Below are positions 10,969-24,880 of a stretch of DNA of 64,000 nt, piece after piece; within the stretch, counting starts at the first letter, position 1; each line of letters begins with the position of its first letter. The notes under the pieces were generated by a model. The model saw nothing but the letters and a program-made list of their open reading frames with translations, had not been told where the DNA came from and ran no database searches. The position numbers were made by a program, and so were the translations under genes. Source of the DNA: Trichodelitschia bisporula. Taxonomy: Eukaryota. Location: contig ML996689.1 of the NCBI GenBank assembly GCA_010356995.1, forward strand, positions 514,691 to 578,690. Reading direction: 5' to 3'.

Positions 10969-12441
10969 ATGGACCTACTCAAAGACCTGGGCCCGGAGCC
11001 CCTCGATAAATTCCTTGTCCCCAAGCCTTATGAGGCAGACCAAATTCTGCACCTGTTTTCGGGCCACGCGTTTATTGAGCGGTTCTACGTCCTCACCCGC
11101 ACCCTCCATGACGGGCTTCCGAGGCCCCCTTGGTCCAAAGACGAGAATGCAAAATCGAGAGAGTGGCCAGCCAACGCAGACCTATATACCCAGCAGATGG
11201 TACCGCGAAACCCGGACATCCGAGCCCGCATTGTCAGCCTGGTTAAACCGTGGAAATACGCTTGCTCGATGGATGCCGATATTCTCGCTCCGTACAGGTA
11301 CGCAGGCGTAGCAATCATCAAGCTGTATGACTGGCGGTTTGCGACTGAACCACGGCGCTGTCAGAAACTGGTTCCTTGGGGAGACGATAACCAAAGGGAT
11401 TTCGTGCGCGTTGCTTTACCTTCGCACCAGGAATCAATTGATGCTATCAAAGATCAAGCGCTTGGTAACGCGCATTGGCTCCATCGCAGGCCCAATGACA
11501 GAAGACTCTGGATGTGCTATATGTCTAGAGCATACTCGCTTCGCGAGAATTTCGCGTACCTGAAGCTGAAGAGCCTTCAGGGAAAGCACATTCCTGAAGC
11601 GATTGCGTCATGCTTCTACTACATGGTCGCGCCAGAATGCCAGTCACTAAAATTTGCGGCTCTAGCAGAAGTGAATAGAGAGTTCTACATTTCAGGATTT
11701 ATCACAAAAAAGGTCAACGGCTTCAACATCACCCAGCTCGTTGGAAGAGTGCCCAAGGAGTCATGGCAGGGTATCGTCGACCAAGCCTTGGATGTCATGC
11801 GCCAGATCAACATGCTCGATGCCTTTTGGCCATGGCCACAGCTCGACAACATTATGGTGTGTCGGGATTCGAGGGAGAGAGGCGGCTATCGTGTTGTCAT
11901 GCATGGGTTTTCACACCTCTACACTCGGATTGGCGAGAAATCTTGGAGCTGGTGGTACGCGATCTGGAGATCAGATGGAATAAATCGCCTCGCGTTACTT
12001 TTGGGATGGTTGACGCGAAAGCTTGGCCACGAAGTTCAGATCTGCCGTTCCGATTTGTGGGACCGCTGGGTCGATTACGTCGATCGTGATCGTTTATATC
12101 CGTATCCCGATTACAGATGGGCGGATGAGGAAATGGATCCGGATTTTCGCCAATACCGGCTTCGCAAATTGGTAGAATGGGGCGTCAAAAAGGAGGGAGA
12201 TGCAGATTTTGAGCTTGATCGCAGTGACAAGGACTGGTGGGTATCAAAGGAAGAAGAAGAGAAGGTTAAAATCATGGTGGAAATGCTCCGACGGACGCCC
12301 AAGCGTAGGAAACGGAACCACAGTCCAGACAGCGATATCAACGTGACGGAATGGAGAGCCGAGGACAAAGATGAGGATGTTGAGAAGATACCTTTGGCTC
12401 TGACACCTTGGTTGAAGCCCGAATGGCTCTCGCAGTTTTGA
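10969..12441 (+). CDS. Fungal protein-kinase-like fold protein, probably a pseudokinase
   Basis: 490-aa intronless ORF. AIIKLYDWRFA and E.FAYLKLKSLQGKHIP resemble a fungal kinase-like family. The catalytic loop and DFG positions look degenerate (WPQLDN, HGF). Confidence 0.6.
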   Translation: MDLLKDLGPEPLDKFLVPKPYEADQILHLFSGHAFIERFYVLTRTLHDGLPRPPWSKDENAKSREWPANADLYTQQMVPRNPDIRARIVSLVKPWKYACSMDADILAPYRYAGVAIIKLYDWRFATEPRRCQKLVPWGDDNQRDFVRVALPSHQESIDAIKDQALGNAHWLHRRPNDRRLWMCYMSRAYSLRENFAYLKLKSLQGKHIPEAIASCFYYMVAPECQSLKFAALAEVNREFYISGFITKKVNGFNITQLVGRVPKESWQGIVDQALDVMRQINMLDAFWPWPQLDNIMVCRDSRERGGYRVVMHGFSHLYTRIGEKSWSWWYAIWRSDGINRLALLLGWLTRKLGHEVQICRSDLWDRWVDYVDRDRLYPYPDYRWADEEMDPDFRQYRLRKLVEWGVKKEGDADFELDRSDKDWWVSKEEEEKVKIMVEMLRRTPKRRKRNHSPDSDINVTEWRAEDKDEDVEKIPLALTPWLKPEWLSQF

Positions 12442-15400
12442 GAGAGAAGTTGGATTGTCTCTGCTGATGGGTGAGGTATCGTAATTGGCAGAGAAGAAGC
12501 AGCGAAGAGAGTGGTGTACACTATTGCTTGGAGGCCTGTTGCGTTTATCACCGGAGACTCATTCATTGTTACACATGGTAGATCGGGTTGAGTACGGAGT
12601 TTCTATTGCAAAGTTTTCATGAATGGCTATCATTTCCGAGCTTCGACGGGGAATCTCTCGCCTCGCTGCTTGCACCGTACTATGCTGGTTGATCAGGTAC
12701 ATGAACTCTGTGCCGAGTTCGCATCTCACAGTACAGACAAAATGAAGCCGGTAGTCTCCTCACCCCTGGGCGAGTACCGCATCCAATACACCAATCCATG
12801 CACCCATGACGTCCTATCCCGGCCTCCATCATGGCGCCACAAGCGACGGTATCATTGGCCATACCAACAGCGGCGCAGCATCAAACCAGCTCCACCAACA
12901 AACCAACAGGAGGCACAACCATCACCCACGCCGCATGTCTTGAGTAAACGCGGCGGCAGTCGGCCCGAAATGCATTTAACACCGGCTCCGCAAGGCCTGA
13001 TGACATTGGACACCTGACTCGCAGCCGGTGCAGAATACGCAACCCGGCGTGCCAGGATGGCGCGGGTGGAGTTCGTGGGACTGCGCTAATCGGACGCACT
13101 TCCCGCTGCAGGAGCGGGAAGGTGGGTTGGGTTTTACACCGGGTCAGGGTTCGGGCGGTATGGTAAGTTTCGGACCGGGGGATGGGGGGCGGGCCGCGGA
13201 CCATTCGAGTTGCCTTTCCGGGTTGCCTCGTTCAGCCTTGCCGGGGGGGGATACTTCGTGTAGATGAGTGGGCTTACGGGCCTATCGGGGGTTGGGTATT
13301 TGAAATTAAATCGGGGGATTGGGGGAGCTCGAGGAGGAATTTTATTGATGGGCGTTGGGATCCTGGAGGTTGAATTGGGAGTCGTGATGCCTCGACGGAC
13401 TCATGGTTCGAAACAGGAGTTACTGATGGCTTGTCTTGAGTGCCGCAAGGGCTCCACGGGGCTGGCCTGGCCTGTCCAAGACGGGCATTTTCTCCATTGT
13501 CTGGCAGGACCGTGCCACGGGACAGAGTGCTTCCGATCTATTTGGTCGCGTGGTCCGCTGCCTTCCGGCCAGCTGCCCTTCGTGGGATTCTTCAATTTAA
13601 AGGCAGCCTTTCTCCGATCGGCCCTCCGAATGCCGTCCGCAAGGGCTAACTCGGAGATTCGAACGGCGCCTCGCCGCAGAAATGGGCGCCTTATCCTCGA
13701 AGTTGGCGGATACGATAGGCTCCTTCACTCCGACGCTCATAGAAAGCGTTGTTGTACGTGTACGCGGCTCATGGCTATCGAACGGGAAGTCTGCGACCGG
13801 TAAGATGACGTATTAGGAGTTAGGAGTAACCAACTCGTCATGCTAGCGAGCGATATCCATATCCGCAGCGAAGGACCGCCGTGGCTTGAGGCCGCTGATG
13901 GATTGATATAGTCACCCGCGCGAACGCAACGGTGGAGCGAGCCCTGATAGCGTTGGTGGGTGTTGTATCAGGGCTTTAGGGCAACGGAAAGGCATATTTT
14001 CCATTTCAGGGAGGGGAATCCCACGCTCTCCGTGGATCTTTTGTTGGATGTCGTCTCGCGCGGGATGAGATACGGGTCTGAAAAGCAACACCAATCGTGG
14101 TGACATCAAAGCGGGGGTCGCATTCGTCAGCGAGGGGCTCTTGGATCAGCCGTGGGAGTCGCCTCGACTTTCATCCCGACGTGTTGCGAGAAGTTTGGGC
14201 ATCGTGAAAGGAATTTCGGAATGAAAGGAGGACGGACTGCTAATGAATAACTGTACGCCGGAACTGGTGTGCGACTCGGCAACGGGCGACTGTGTGGGCC
14301 AATGATCTTGCCGCCGGACAAACCTGACGGGTGCACCAGCACATGCTTCTCCAGTCACTATGGGTGTTACGTGCAGCAAAGCTTCCCCGATCCGGTTGAT
14401 GCATAAATGCACACCGCGATGTTCAGCCTTAAAAGCTTCCCTACTCTTCCAACTTCCCATCGTATCAGCTAGCGACATCCCCCAAGTCATATTTGCTTTT
14501 CTCTGTTTCGGTACAAGACCGCATGCATCCCACACTTGGCGTATCTTCGCGTACCTCCGCGTATCGACCAGGTCAACCAGCTATTCTGAGCTTATCGTCT
14601 CCTAAATGACATCAAAAATATCGTCCAGACCGAGACGCCCCGATCCATGCTTGCATGGTGACGAAGCTGCCCGCTTGCGGCCAAGAGCTGTTCACGATGC
14701 AAGGATGGTAAGGCTGAGCTGTACACCATCAAATCAGGCCCAATCTGCCCTATGAGGGCTTCCTCGATACCACACTAGACGGCGGGAGGAGGCGGACATG
14801 AGGGGATGGAGGGCAAACTGAGGTTGGATCTCAGTGGGTTCTCCGCTAGCTATTGGGGAACGGCAAGGACTTCTTGAGTGCAGTGCTCCCGAGGGTTACA
14901 GTACTGATACCAGAATGATAAAACGACCTTGGTGTAGAGGACATATGCATAAACAAGGGTGCTGGCCCTATGGACCCGATGCACATGCGGAATGATCCGT
15001 AGTTACGGTTCATCCACTGCCGGATGAGAAATATTGCAGCTTGACCGGTCAGTGATGGATATCATGCACCTAAAACTAGCCTAACGGCCTTTAGAACATC
15101 ATCTTAAGAATTCTAGAAGACGACATGGCAGATGACTTCAAGCTGCCTTTCCTGCGGGACTCGTACCGTTGCTCGACCATCCGCAAACGTAACCATCATA
15201 AACGCATGCATGGTTTGAAAGCAGACAGGAATCAGGCGTGTTAGCTGAGTCGTCAGTGAGCTGACAGTGCGACGAATCCGACGAATCCGGCTAACAGCTT
15301 CACAGGCAGAAGTTTAAGAAGTATGCCTGTAACAAGTCCAGACCAACCTGCGAATTGAAAGCCCATTGGTATTCATCAGAGTACTTAGGCCATGTCCTCC

Positions 15401-16548
15401 CCGGAGCCAACTGCCTGTTTTCTTCGCCCTCCTTCACGGCTTCAGTCACCTTAAGGCATAGTCGTTGGGATCGTCCGATAGGCTCGCCAGCGAGAGACGG
15501 ATTTGAGCTCGAGGTCGGTCTTGAAATACCCTGGTGGAAAGACGTTGGTCCATTTTGGCATATTTCAGCTGCATTCCGCAGCCAACCGCCAGCCTTGTCC
15601 TACCTCGATGCCCCGGCGAGGGGCCGGACAATAGAGGAGCTTAGAAGGGAATGCCTTACAGGCTGGTATACAACGCACATCCGAGAAGTGACTAGTGCGA
15701 GTGGCTCGCTGGCTCGACTGACGTCAAGGAAGATAAAATAAATAAACAAAGCGAAACGTGTGATCTCTCTAATACTAACTGACTGAAGTAGGGGGGAAGA
15801 CTACTCCGCTACGTACATATAAATATATCCCCCTCTGCTAAGCGCTAAGGCGCTATCTTATATCTTCCTACCCTGTCCTACTATCCTCCTTCCTCCTAAC
15901 CTAAGATGCTATCTTCTAACCCTGGTACTGCGCACCACAGACTATCGAAAACACATCCGATGCGATCGGGAATGGATTAAGGTGGCCCCTAATTAATTGA
16001 ATCAGATAATTAGCAACTCCCATGGCTATTAGAACTAACGGTTGACTTGGTCCCGTTAACTGTATACCGGCTGCCGATGGACTTCGTATTGAGGATAGAG
16101 CTAATGCCTAGCAGAACGCTTCTCGTCAGTGGTTCTATTGTCGGTTACCGCGTCTTGTCATCAAACGAATGACCTATTCAGATTGATAGATACATGAGTG
16201 CTTTGATATTCCGCGATGTGCGAGTGCCAAGGGTCGCACGTCATGGCGACAAGTACTTCGAGAGCGATATGGACATTCTCTGATATGCTCTAAACACACG
16301 TCGGCGATACATAAGATGTCTGAAGATCTCCTCGTTTGAGCTGTAGTTCTAGAAACCAAGTTATCATCAGTGTTGAACGTAGGTCTTGCCAGTCACATGC
16401 GGAACTGCTCGGCATCGCCAAATAGTGACCCCGCATCCCCACATTTTGCCGACATGGCAGAGTACCTTGCAATACTTCATCCGACTCACCCTTCTCGTTT
16501 CCAAGCTTAAAATCTAGAAGCCAGTTCAATTAGTACTTTCAAACCACA

Positions 16549-17433
16549 ATGTCCGGCTTTCCCTCTATCCAGCCGGCGTTTACCGTCTTGGTATGCATCC
16601 CAACACTACCAAACCGCAACCTAGACTGATATCACAGGTCGCCATCGCGAGCCCCCTAGCCATTGGTACACCACAAACCATAAGCAGGAAGACATTCACT
16701 AACCGTGCCAGGTTCGGCCTCTCGGGGTACTCCACTTGCAGTCGTGGTCCGTACCGAACCGATCCGATATCGGACTGAACTGACTTCCCGCCGCAGCCGA
16801 TGACCTCCGGCACCGTCAAGTCGGAGCCGGGCTTCGAGCCCGCGCTCAACGCCGAACTGTGCGTTACCAGCTGAATTCCCTGGCTTAGCTGATAGCGCAG
16901 GGACGGCGTCGGCTACGACTATATCCGCACTGACGGCAGTGGGACGCACATGCGTCTGGATGTGCGCTCACAGCTCAAGTATGCCCCTCTTGCTCCTTGA
17001 TATCAGAAACTAACTGGGTAAGGGATACGAGCGGCAGTGTGAGACTGGTTTGAATTGGGTGGATGCGTGTACTGACTCCGTAGCTCATCGCTATGTACTA
17101 TAAAGGTGCCGTGCGGCTGTCCCCTGAGACGGTGAAGGTGCTGTCTGGAGCGCCGGACGCGAAAACAACAGAGTTTGGCGACTCGGGTATGTCAGACCCA
17201 GATTTTGAGAATGTGCCCTTTCTAACCTTGGAAGTTGTCAATTTTAGCTTTGAGGTACGTATTCGGCCCTCCCCGCTCTTCAGTGGTAAAGAACTGAGAC
17301 GCATGGGTCCCAGACCGGTGCCGAAAGGTTCAAGGCACTTGAGACCATGACTTTCGTGGGGGCAGGAAGGTTTGTAGTCAAGAAGGATGGCCTCGCGGTC
17401 GAGTACAAGGTCAGCCGTGTGATTGCTGGTTGA
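16549..17433 (+). CDS. DUF3237 (UPF0311) family protein, 9 exons, ~167 aa
   Basis: Manually spliced: MSGFPSIQPAFTVL-VAIASPLAIG...GYDYIRTDGSGTHMRLDVRSQLKDTSGSLIAMYYKG...FSFETGAERFKALETMTFVGAGRFVV..VEYKVSRV. Eight GT-AG introns. Confidence 0.8.
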
Positions 17434-18569
17434 GTAAGTCCTTTGTGGGTTAGGTATTTAGAGGATTTAGGGCAAGAACAAGAGGCCAACCGGAGAATTC
17501 AGAGACTACCTTCCTTCATAGATTTCTCTTGCCTCCATTTGCAAGATATACACCAACGTACCGGCTGGTTGAAGTGATGTCGACACCCCCATTCCGCTGC
17601 TGGCACCGAGTATCGCCTTCCGATTGCTCTTTGAGCCAGTCGAAACAATGTTTCCAACACAGCCCTGACGTTCTCGGGCCATGGAGCAAGAGTTAAGGGA
17701 AGGAGCACCCAAAGGCCTCTTAGAACTAGTATTCTGCGACACCTGTAACAACTGGAAACCAGCCCGCACTCACCATTTGCAATGATTTTGATCGCTGCGT
17801 GAGGCGCATGGACCATTTTTGTTCGTGGGTAGGACGCCTGGGGAGCGAAACCAGCGTGAAGTAATTTCTGCAGTTCACCTGCTACGCAATTAAATTTAGG
17901 AAGACATCCAGACCTGATACCAACAATCAACCAACTCACAGTCCCATGCACGTCGTCCCAACCACTTTTCTTTCTAATTCGAATTCAGAGCATCCCAAGA
18001 AGCTGCCGGGTGGCAAGTCTGGAGGTGGAGTCGATTATGAGGCTGGCAGGTCAAGAATATGACACGCATAAGGCCTGTCGTGGCATATTTGATGGTGATG
18101 AAGTCGATGATCGAGAGCACAGCCACATGGGATTGGTGTTTCATTAGGTCATGAATCGGCTTTGGTGGCACAGCTGGATCTCTGCCAGCTTCAAGCACCC
18201 GGCTCCGGCACCGCCAGTCAGATGCCGTAAAATTGGTGCACAACGCCAATTCCAAGGCGCGAGAGACGCCAACCGAAGAAGCCCTAACATAGGCTTTTCC
18301 ACTTCGGGTAGGGATGTGGCGGTGCAGAGGTCGGACGGCGACTTGGCGGAGGAGGTTGGCTGAGGAACGGGGAATATCTTGCTGGCGTCCGACTTGCATT
18401 GCCTTGCCAATGCGATGCAAGTCAGCGGTTATATCGCATCGTACGACTCTCTGCCCTAGTTCTTCGCCTCTTCTCTCTTCTCCATCCTCCATTGCAAGTG
18501 TTGCATCCTGGTTGTCCCTCCAGCCATCTCCATTTACCCCCAGTCGACTGCACCGCCATTCGCGACACC

Positions 18570-21061
18570 ATGGCCGCGACCAACGACGCGACGACGTCGT
18601 CTGATCTTCAGGCCTCCGCTGCAGCAATTGACTCCGCAAAGTCACCCGCCGCGCTCACCTTGGAACATGAACGTACCGTCGATCTCGGGTCCTCGTACAC
18701 CGCTGTTCCCGTGAATACACTCAACACTGCTGGGCCGCGCAACGACGGGCGCGAGCTTCAGCTCATCTGCGGCCCACTCATCAACTACCGGCGCATGAGC
18801 GGCGCCAACACGGAGAACCCTACATGGCATGGCAGCGTGTTGATTGTCACCGCTCCTGGACAGACGCAGCCCCAACTGACGCTCAAGTGCCTCGGGCGCG
18901 TCAGCGTCGGGACTGGAGCGACCAGTGATGCCACAGTGCTACCTTCGGACGGGGAGCTGCCGCAGCCGCAGACCATCCAAGGCCAGCGACTGTACGAGGA
19001 CCCGAAGCGTCAGTTCTGGCGGTTTGTGATCCAGGCGCCGATCCAGAAGTTCGAGGCTAAATGGGAGTACGCCATTACGCCGCTCAATATCTCCCTCGCT
19101 GGCAAGCGCTTCATCGTTCCGTCCAACATTCAATCGATGCGTATCCTGTTTCACTCTTGCAACGGGTTCAGCGTCGGCACCAATGTCGAGGAGTGGAGTG
19201 GCCCTGCTCTGTGGAACGATGTCCTCCGCATGCACAACCAGCAAGCCTTTCACGTCATGATTGGAGGCGGCGACCAGATCTATAACGATAGCGTGCGTGT
19301 GGATGATGGCCCGCTGCGCGAGTGGACGGAGATTTCGAATCCAGTGCGCCGGAGAGAATATCCCTTCGACGAATCTCTGCGCGCCCGATGTGACGAGTTC
19401 TACTTCAACAACTACGTTACTTGGTACAGTGCGGAGCCGTTTAAGACGGCCAATGGCTCGATTCCCCAGCTGAATATCTGGGACGACCATGACATCATCG
19501 ATGGGTTCGGCTCGTATACGGACCACTTCATGCGATGTGCTGTCTTCCGTGGTATCGGAGGCGTCGCGCACAAGTATGTATCTAGCACCCCTCTCGGACT
19601 GAGACATCAAGCTTTGGCCAAGCCTCTTACATTGCAAGCAAAAGCTTGATCGGTGAGCCATGCTGACTTCCTAGATACTATCTCCTATTCCAACACCACA
19701 TGGCCCCGCCGAAGACCACATTCACTACTGGCCCCGCCACTCCTCATTCCGCGTCTGGCGAGTCTCCCCAATCGATTCCACAGGACAACATATGGGTGCT
19801 CGAGGACGAGCCGGACCCATCGTACATCGTCGGCCTGCACCCCGGCCCGTACGTCGAGGAATGCAGCCGCTCCATCTTCACGCAGCTGGGTGCACGCATC
19901 GCCTTCCTCGGTATTGACGCCCGCACCGAACGCACGCGCCACCAAATCAACTATGAGGAAACGTACGACCTAATCTTCAAGCGCGTCAACGCCGAACTCG
20001 CCGCAAACCGCAACATCAAGCACCTGATCCTGCTCCTCGGCGTGCCAATCGCCTACCCGCGCCTTCAATGGCTCGAGAACATCTTCAAAAGCCCCATCAT
20101 CGCGCCCATCCGCTTCCTTAACAAGCGTTTCGGCCTCGGCGGCGGTCTGTTCAACAAGTTCGACGGGCAAGTCGATCTCCTCGACGATCTGGACGACCAC
20201 TACACGGCGCGGCAGCATAAGACCGAACGCCGCGCCCTCGTCCACCGCCTGCAAGAAACGGCCAAAGTCACCGGTGTGCGCGTCTCCATCTTAGGCGGCG
20301 ACGTGCACCTCGCGGCCGTCGGCCGCTTCTACAGCAAACCCGCGCTCGGCATACCACCCCCAAACGACTGGCGCTACATGCCCAACATCATCTCCTCCGC
20401 CATCACAAACAAGCCGCCGCCCGCCGCCGTCGCCAACCTCCTCGCCCGCCGCAACAAAGTCCACCACCTGGACCACGAGACCGACGAAACCCTCCTCGAG
20501 ATCTTCGACCACGACCCGGGCCACGGGCCAGATGCCAAGCCCGCCGTTAACCCAGGGAAGAAAACGGCGGAGGCAAATCACGCCACTATGCCGAGCCGCA
20601 ACTACGCCATCATCGCCGAGTCCCGCGATCACGCGCTGCCGTACGAGCCGCCGAGGCCGGCAACCGGCGCTGCCCCCCAGGACAGCAATGGGAATGGGCT
20701 TCCCCCGCCTAACCCTGCCTACCTCCAAGCCGAAGGGCACGGCTCCACCTCCGCCCTCAGCGAGGGGTCCCATGCCGCTTCTGCCACTCCGACGGCTACT
20801 ACGGGTGCCACGGCCCGCACCGGGCGCGGGAAGAAGATGAATCCGCGGAAGCCGATGCACGAGGGCGAGGTCGACGCTGGCGGCTCGCACCCTGCAGCCA
20901 CGGGGCTGGTGCGCTCGGGCCTTGGCGGCGAATTCGGGCTCGATGTGGCGATCCGCGTCGAGGTGAGCAACAAGGATCCGATGGGGCGGACGGAGGGGTA
21001 TGGATTTGCGATTCCGGGTCTGGATGTCACCGGTTATGCGGAGGAGGGATCGAGGTGGTAG
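18570..21061 (+). CDS. PhoD-like metallophosphoesterase domain protein
   Basis: FHSCNGFS, MIGGGDQIYND, NIWDDHDIIDGFGSY, LGGDVHLAA. Intron 19574-19674 joins the two ORFs. Confidence 0.85.
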
Positions 21062-21151
21062 GGCTGAGGATATACCCCCGTTTTTCTTATCTTGGTCGAT
21101 CTGTAGTATATGCCGCTAGGGAACTCTAATACAATGCATCTGCGCAAGAGG

Positions 21152-23245
21152 CTACAGCCGCACCTTCTCCGCCTGTAACGCCTCCCACTCCGCGGGCCCG
21201 AAGGGCACATACGCGTCCTTCCCGGGAGGCAACCAGAAAAGCCGATCGCCTGCCGCGCCCACCACCGCTGGATCTACGCCCTCGCGCTTCAACCGCCCTT
21301 TCTGCATCTTAAGCGTGCCGGTATAATCCAGCGCGGGAGTGACGCGGATGAAAATCGGGACCGCATACCGCGGCAGCTGCGCCAGCGCATGGCGCGCTAG
21401 ATCCGCGAAGTCTAATGTCCCCGGCTTATCTTCGGCGCCGACGCTCACGCCCTCCGCCGGCACGATGGCTGCACAGCCGCACCGCCCGTCTGCGTGCGGT
21501 ACGCTTACGCCGAACACGTTCGCCTCCGCCACATGCGGGTGTGTGCCGATTACATCGGCCACTTCGTTAGTCGAGACGTTTTCGCTCTTCCACCGGAAGG
21601 TGTCGCCGAGGCGGTCAACGAAGTAGACACGCCCGTCGGGGAGCTGGCGCTGCATGTCGCCGGAGCGGAACCAGCTGCGGAGTGGTTAGGTAAGGGAATA
21701 TTTCTGAGCCGATCAGGCTGGAGTCACTTACAGGTCGCCCTTCCGAAACACGTCACGGATCTTACGCTTCTCGCCCGCGGCTTCGTTGCGGTGGTACCCG
21801 GCAAAGCCGAGACCTTGCGCATTCGGGTCCAGCGCGTGCAGCGTCTCGCCCGCCTCGCCGTCTCTGCACTTAATCGCCCAGCCGTCCGGCCCGCGGAGAA
21901 TCTCCTCCGTATCCGGATCGATGCGCACACGGACCTCGACATTACCCTTATTCAGCCGCCAAAGCAGACCGCGGAGGCCGATAGCACCCTGAGTGAACGG
22001 TCCCCGATTCGGGTTATACGTCCCGCCCATGCCGTCGGTAGCGGCGTACAGCTCGTTAATCGTTTCGATGCCGAAGCGCTCGCGGAACACGGGCCAGACG
22101 TCGGGGCGCATGCCGTTGCCCCACGCCATTTTTACGCAATGATCTTTATCCTGCGGGGACGGCGGTGCATTGATCAAATATCGGCACAACTCGCCAACGT
22201 ACTGGATCATGTTCGCCTTGCCGGCGCGGACTTCGGGCCAGAAGCGCGCGTGGCTGAATTTGCGGCCCAGGATGATGGCGGCACCGGAGTGGATTACCGG
22301 CGTGACGCATAGACCGTGGGCAGCGCCATGGTACAACGGCATACAAGTGTACATTCTGTCGCCCGGGCGGAGTTGGAGATAGGCGGCGATGGAGCGGCCG
22401 ATGAGCAGCTCGCGGCCTTTGATCATCGGAACGCCTTTCGGCAGGCCGGTGCTACCCGAGGTGTAGATAAGCGAATTAAGGGAAGTGAGATCAGAGGTTA
22501 GATTGCGCTCGGCAGGCAGGGGAGTCGTATCGGAGAGAGCAGAGAGGAAGGTCCAAGAGTAGTACAAGGTTTGGATCTAGTGCGGTTAGGGAAGTGATAG
22601 GAGCAGAGGTGAGAAACACGTACGCCCTTCTCTTGAAGTTCGGCTCCGCATGGCTCGATGTTGGCCCTGAAGTCTTCCTCTCCGAGAAGATAACGGCAGC
22701 CACAGAGCTGGGGAGTTAGTGGCGAAACTATGGGGCACGTAGAAACCGACCTCGACGCAGTGCACCAGACTCTTGCTCGTCAGATTGTTGTTGATATAGC
22801 TCGGACACGCACCGATGCCCTCCAGCGCAAACCACAGCATCAGATACTCGGGACTGTTCCCGCCATCCACCGCCACAATCTCGTCCTTCTGCACATCAAG
22901 GTCCTTGAGCAGCCAATTCCCAATCCGTGTCACATGATCGAAGAAGTTGCCGTAGGTATGTTCGCGGCCTTCAAACATGATGAACAGATCATTGGGTCGG
23001 ATCCGAGCCTGGTCTTCCAACACGTGGTACGTCAGGATCCGGCCCGCCTTGGTGCTCTCCTCCATGAACTTGGCGGTGGGCTTCGCATCCGGCGCGGCTT
23101 TGGCCATCCTCAGGTCGTGCGAGATGTGGAACTTCGCATCGAGGTACGCGGCAGCCGCAGTTGTTCCCGCAACCGCAGCAGCAACGGGGAGAACTATCCC
23201 AGTCAGTAAGGCTGTAGCAGTGACAGGGGAGTGCGTACAAGCCAT
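21152..23245 (-). CDS. FATP/FAT1-like very-long-chain acyl-CoA synthetase (multi-exon)
   Basis: YTSGSTGLPKG AMP-binding loop, YTCMPLYHG, QYVGELCRYL, YAATDG, DRLGDTFRWKSENVST. Confidence 0.9.
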
Positions 23246-24065
23246 ATTGCACAACGAGACGAACACCTAGCAACGACCGTTGAGACGAGAACGAAGTACC
23301 GAATGCCGACTTCTAGTTCCACATTATCAAATCCCGGGAGCAGAAAACCAGTATTTGAAAGTCCCCTTTCGCGCGTATTTCGTTGGACCTAGGCTCAGAG
23401 GTCTTGACCCCGCGTTTTGGCGGTGGCGTCGGTTTAGCCCCGCTCATGCACGCGATCTGCACCCCGCCGGCTCATGGAGTGCGGATGACTTAAGCCGTGC
23501 GGAAGCAACAACCTCCTAAGCGGCGACATATGGTGGATTTGGTGGGATATGAGCCGCGGTGGCTACAAGTATATGCGCCTCTATGCAATCATCATTCTGT
23601 CTAGATGGTGGAAGGATCGTTGGTATGCTCAATTCATATAAGGTTACGGGCAGCAATCCAGATAAAGTGAGGAAGTACGGCTACATCCGTAGCCACGACC
23701 TCCTATGGAGGCGCATCGAAGGCACATCGGCTCTCGGTTCAGGGTAGGCCCGTAATTTAAGAAGTCCGGAAGACCCTCCTTTCTCGCAACTCGGTCCAGG
23801 CTTGAATAAAGAGGTTGGAATTATGAAGATGGAGTCAAGTGCGTCAGATTATTGATGATGCAACGTTGCAGCCTTGGTGCCTCGAGCATGGGTATTGCTC
23901 CATGACAACGAGTCGGAGGGGACCCATGTTTATCCGAAAGGCTACTCCGCATTCAGCCCTTTGTTTACATTGTACCTCCCATTCTCCCCACCATATCACC
24001 ATCCGATCATCACCGTCGCAGCTTCCCATCAATCCTTCAGACTCCACGCATACCTCACCGCAAAA

Positions 24066-24880
24066 ATGGGCACCATGTTCGAACCCTCTCTCTCAACCAG
24101 CGGCATGCGCCCGCACCACCCCGGCGCACCCTCAATGGCCGACCAACTCCCAAGCATAAACTTCGGCTTCGAAGACCTACGCGACCGCATGTCGCGTTTC
24201 ACAGTCCGCTTCGACGAGTTTATCGAGCGCGGCCGCAAGCGCGTCCTCGAAGAACGCAACCAGTTCCGCATCAATGTTGCCGAGCTACAAGGTCCGTCTG
24301 CCTCCTCTCTGCTCAATCCTCGCTAACAAAAACAGAGGACCAGCGCATGCGCAAACGCGACATCGAAATCGAGACCCTTAAAGCACAGTCCCACGCCCAA
24401 GCACTCGCGAAGGAAACAGCTGAGACGGCTGAGATGCACGCCGCTATCGCGACGCTGACGACGCACCACGAGGGCCTGACGGAGCGGCGCGATGCGCTGC
24501 GATCTGAGCTTAAGAGCCTGCAGACGACACTGACAGCGCGGCGGGACGCCCAGGCGAAGCATACGCGATACCTGCACTCGCAGGCACGGTTCAATGTGCC
24601 GGAGATGCAGTTCTGGGAGGACTATCTATGTCTGCGGATCGAGGGTGCGGGCCAGGAGGATCGGCTCAAGTTCATATTTAGCCATATTTGCGAGCGGGAG
24701 TGGGAACGGGAGGCATGGTTCGAGCTGGATACTAGTAGTCACGAGTACAAGGTGCTCAAGACTTATCCGAAGCTGGAAAAGGATGAGGTGGAGCGGTGTG
24801 TGGAGAAGCTTAATGAGGGGCGGGAGTTGGCACCGTTCTTCAAGGCGATGCGGGAGGTGTTTGTCAGGGCCTTCAAGTAG
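24066..24880 (+). CDS. SPC25: Kinetochore Ndc80-complex subunit Spc25
   Basis: LPSINFGFEDLRDRMSRFT, a coiled coil, and RWD-like FWEDYLCLRIEGAG.EDRLKFIFSHI..FFKAMRE. Intron ~24292-24336. Confidence 0.88.

Noticed and set aside
12600..15350. Chain of short minus-strand ORFs suggesting a decayed gene
   Set aside because: Plausible pseudogene, but I could not assign a family or a consistent frame.
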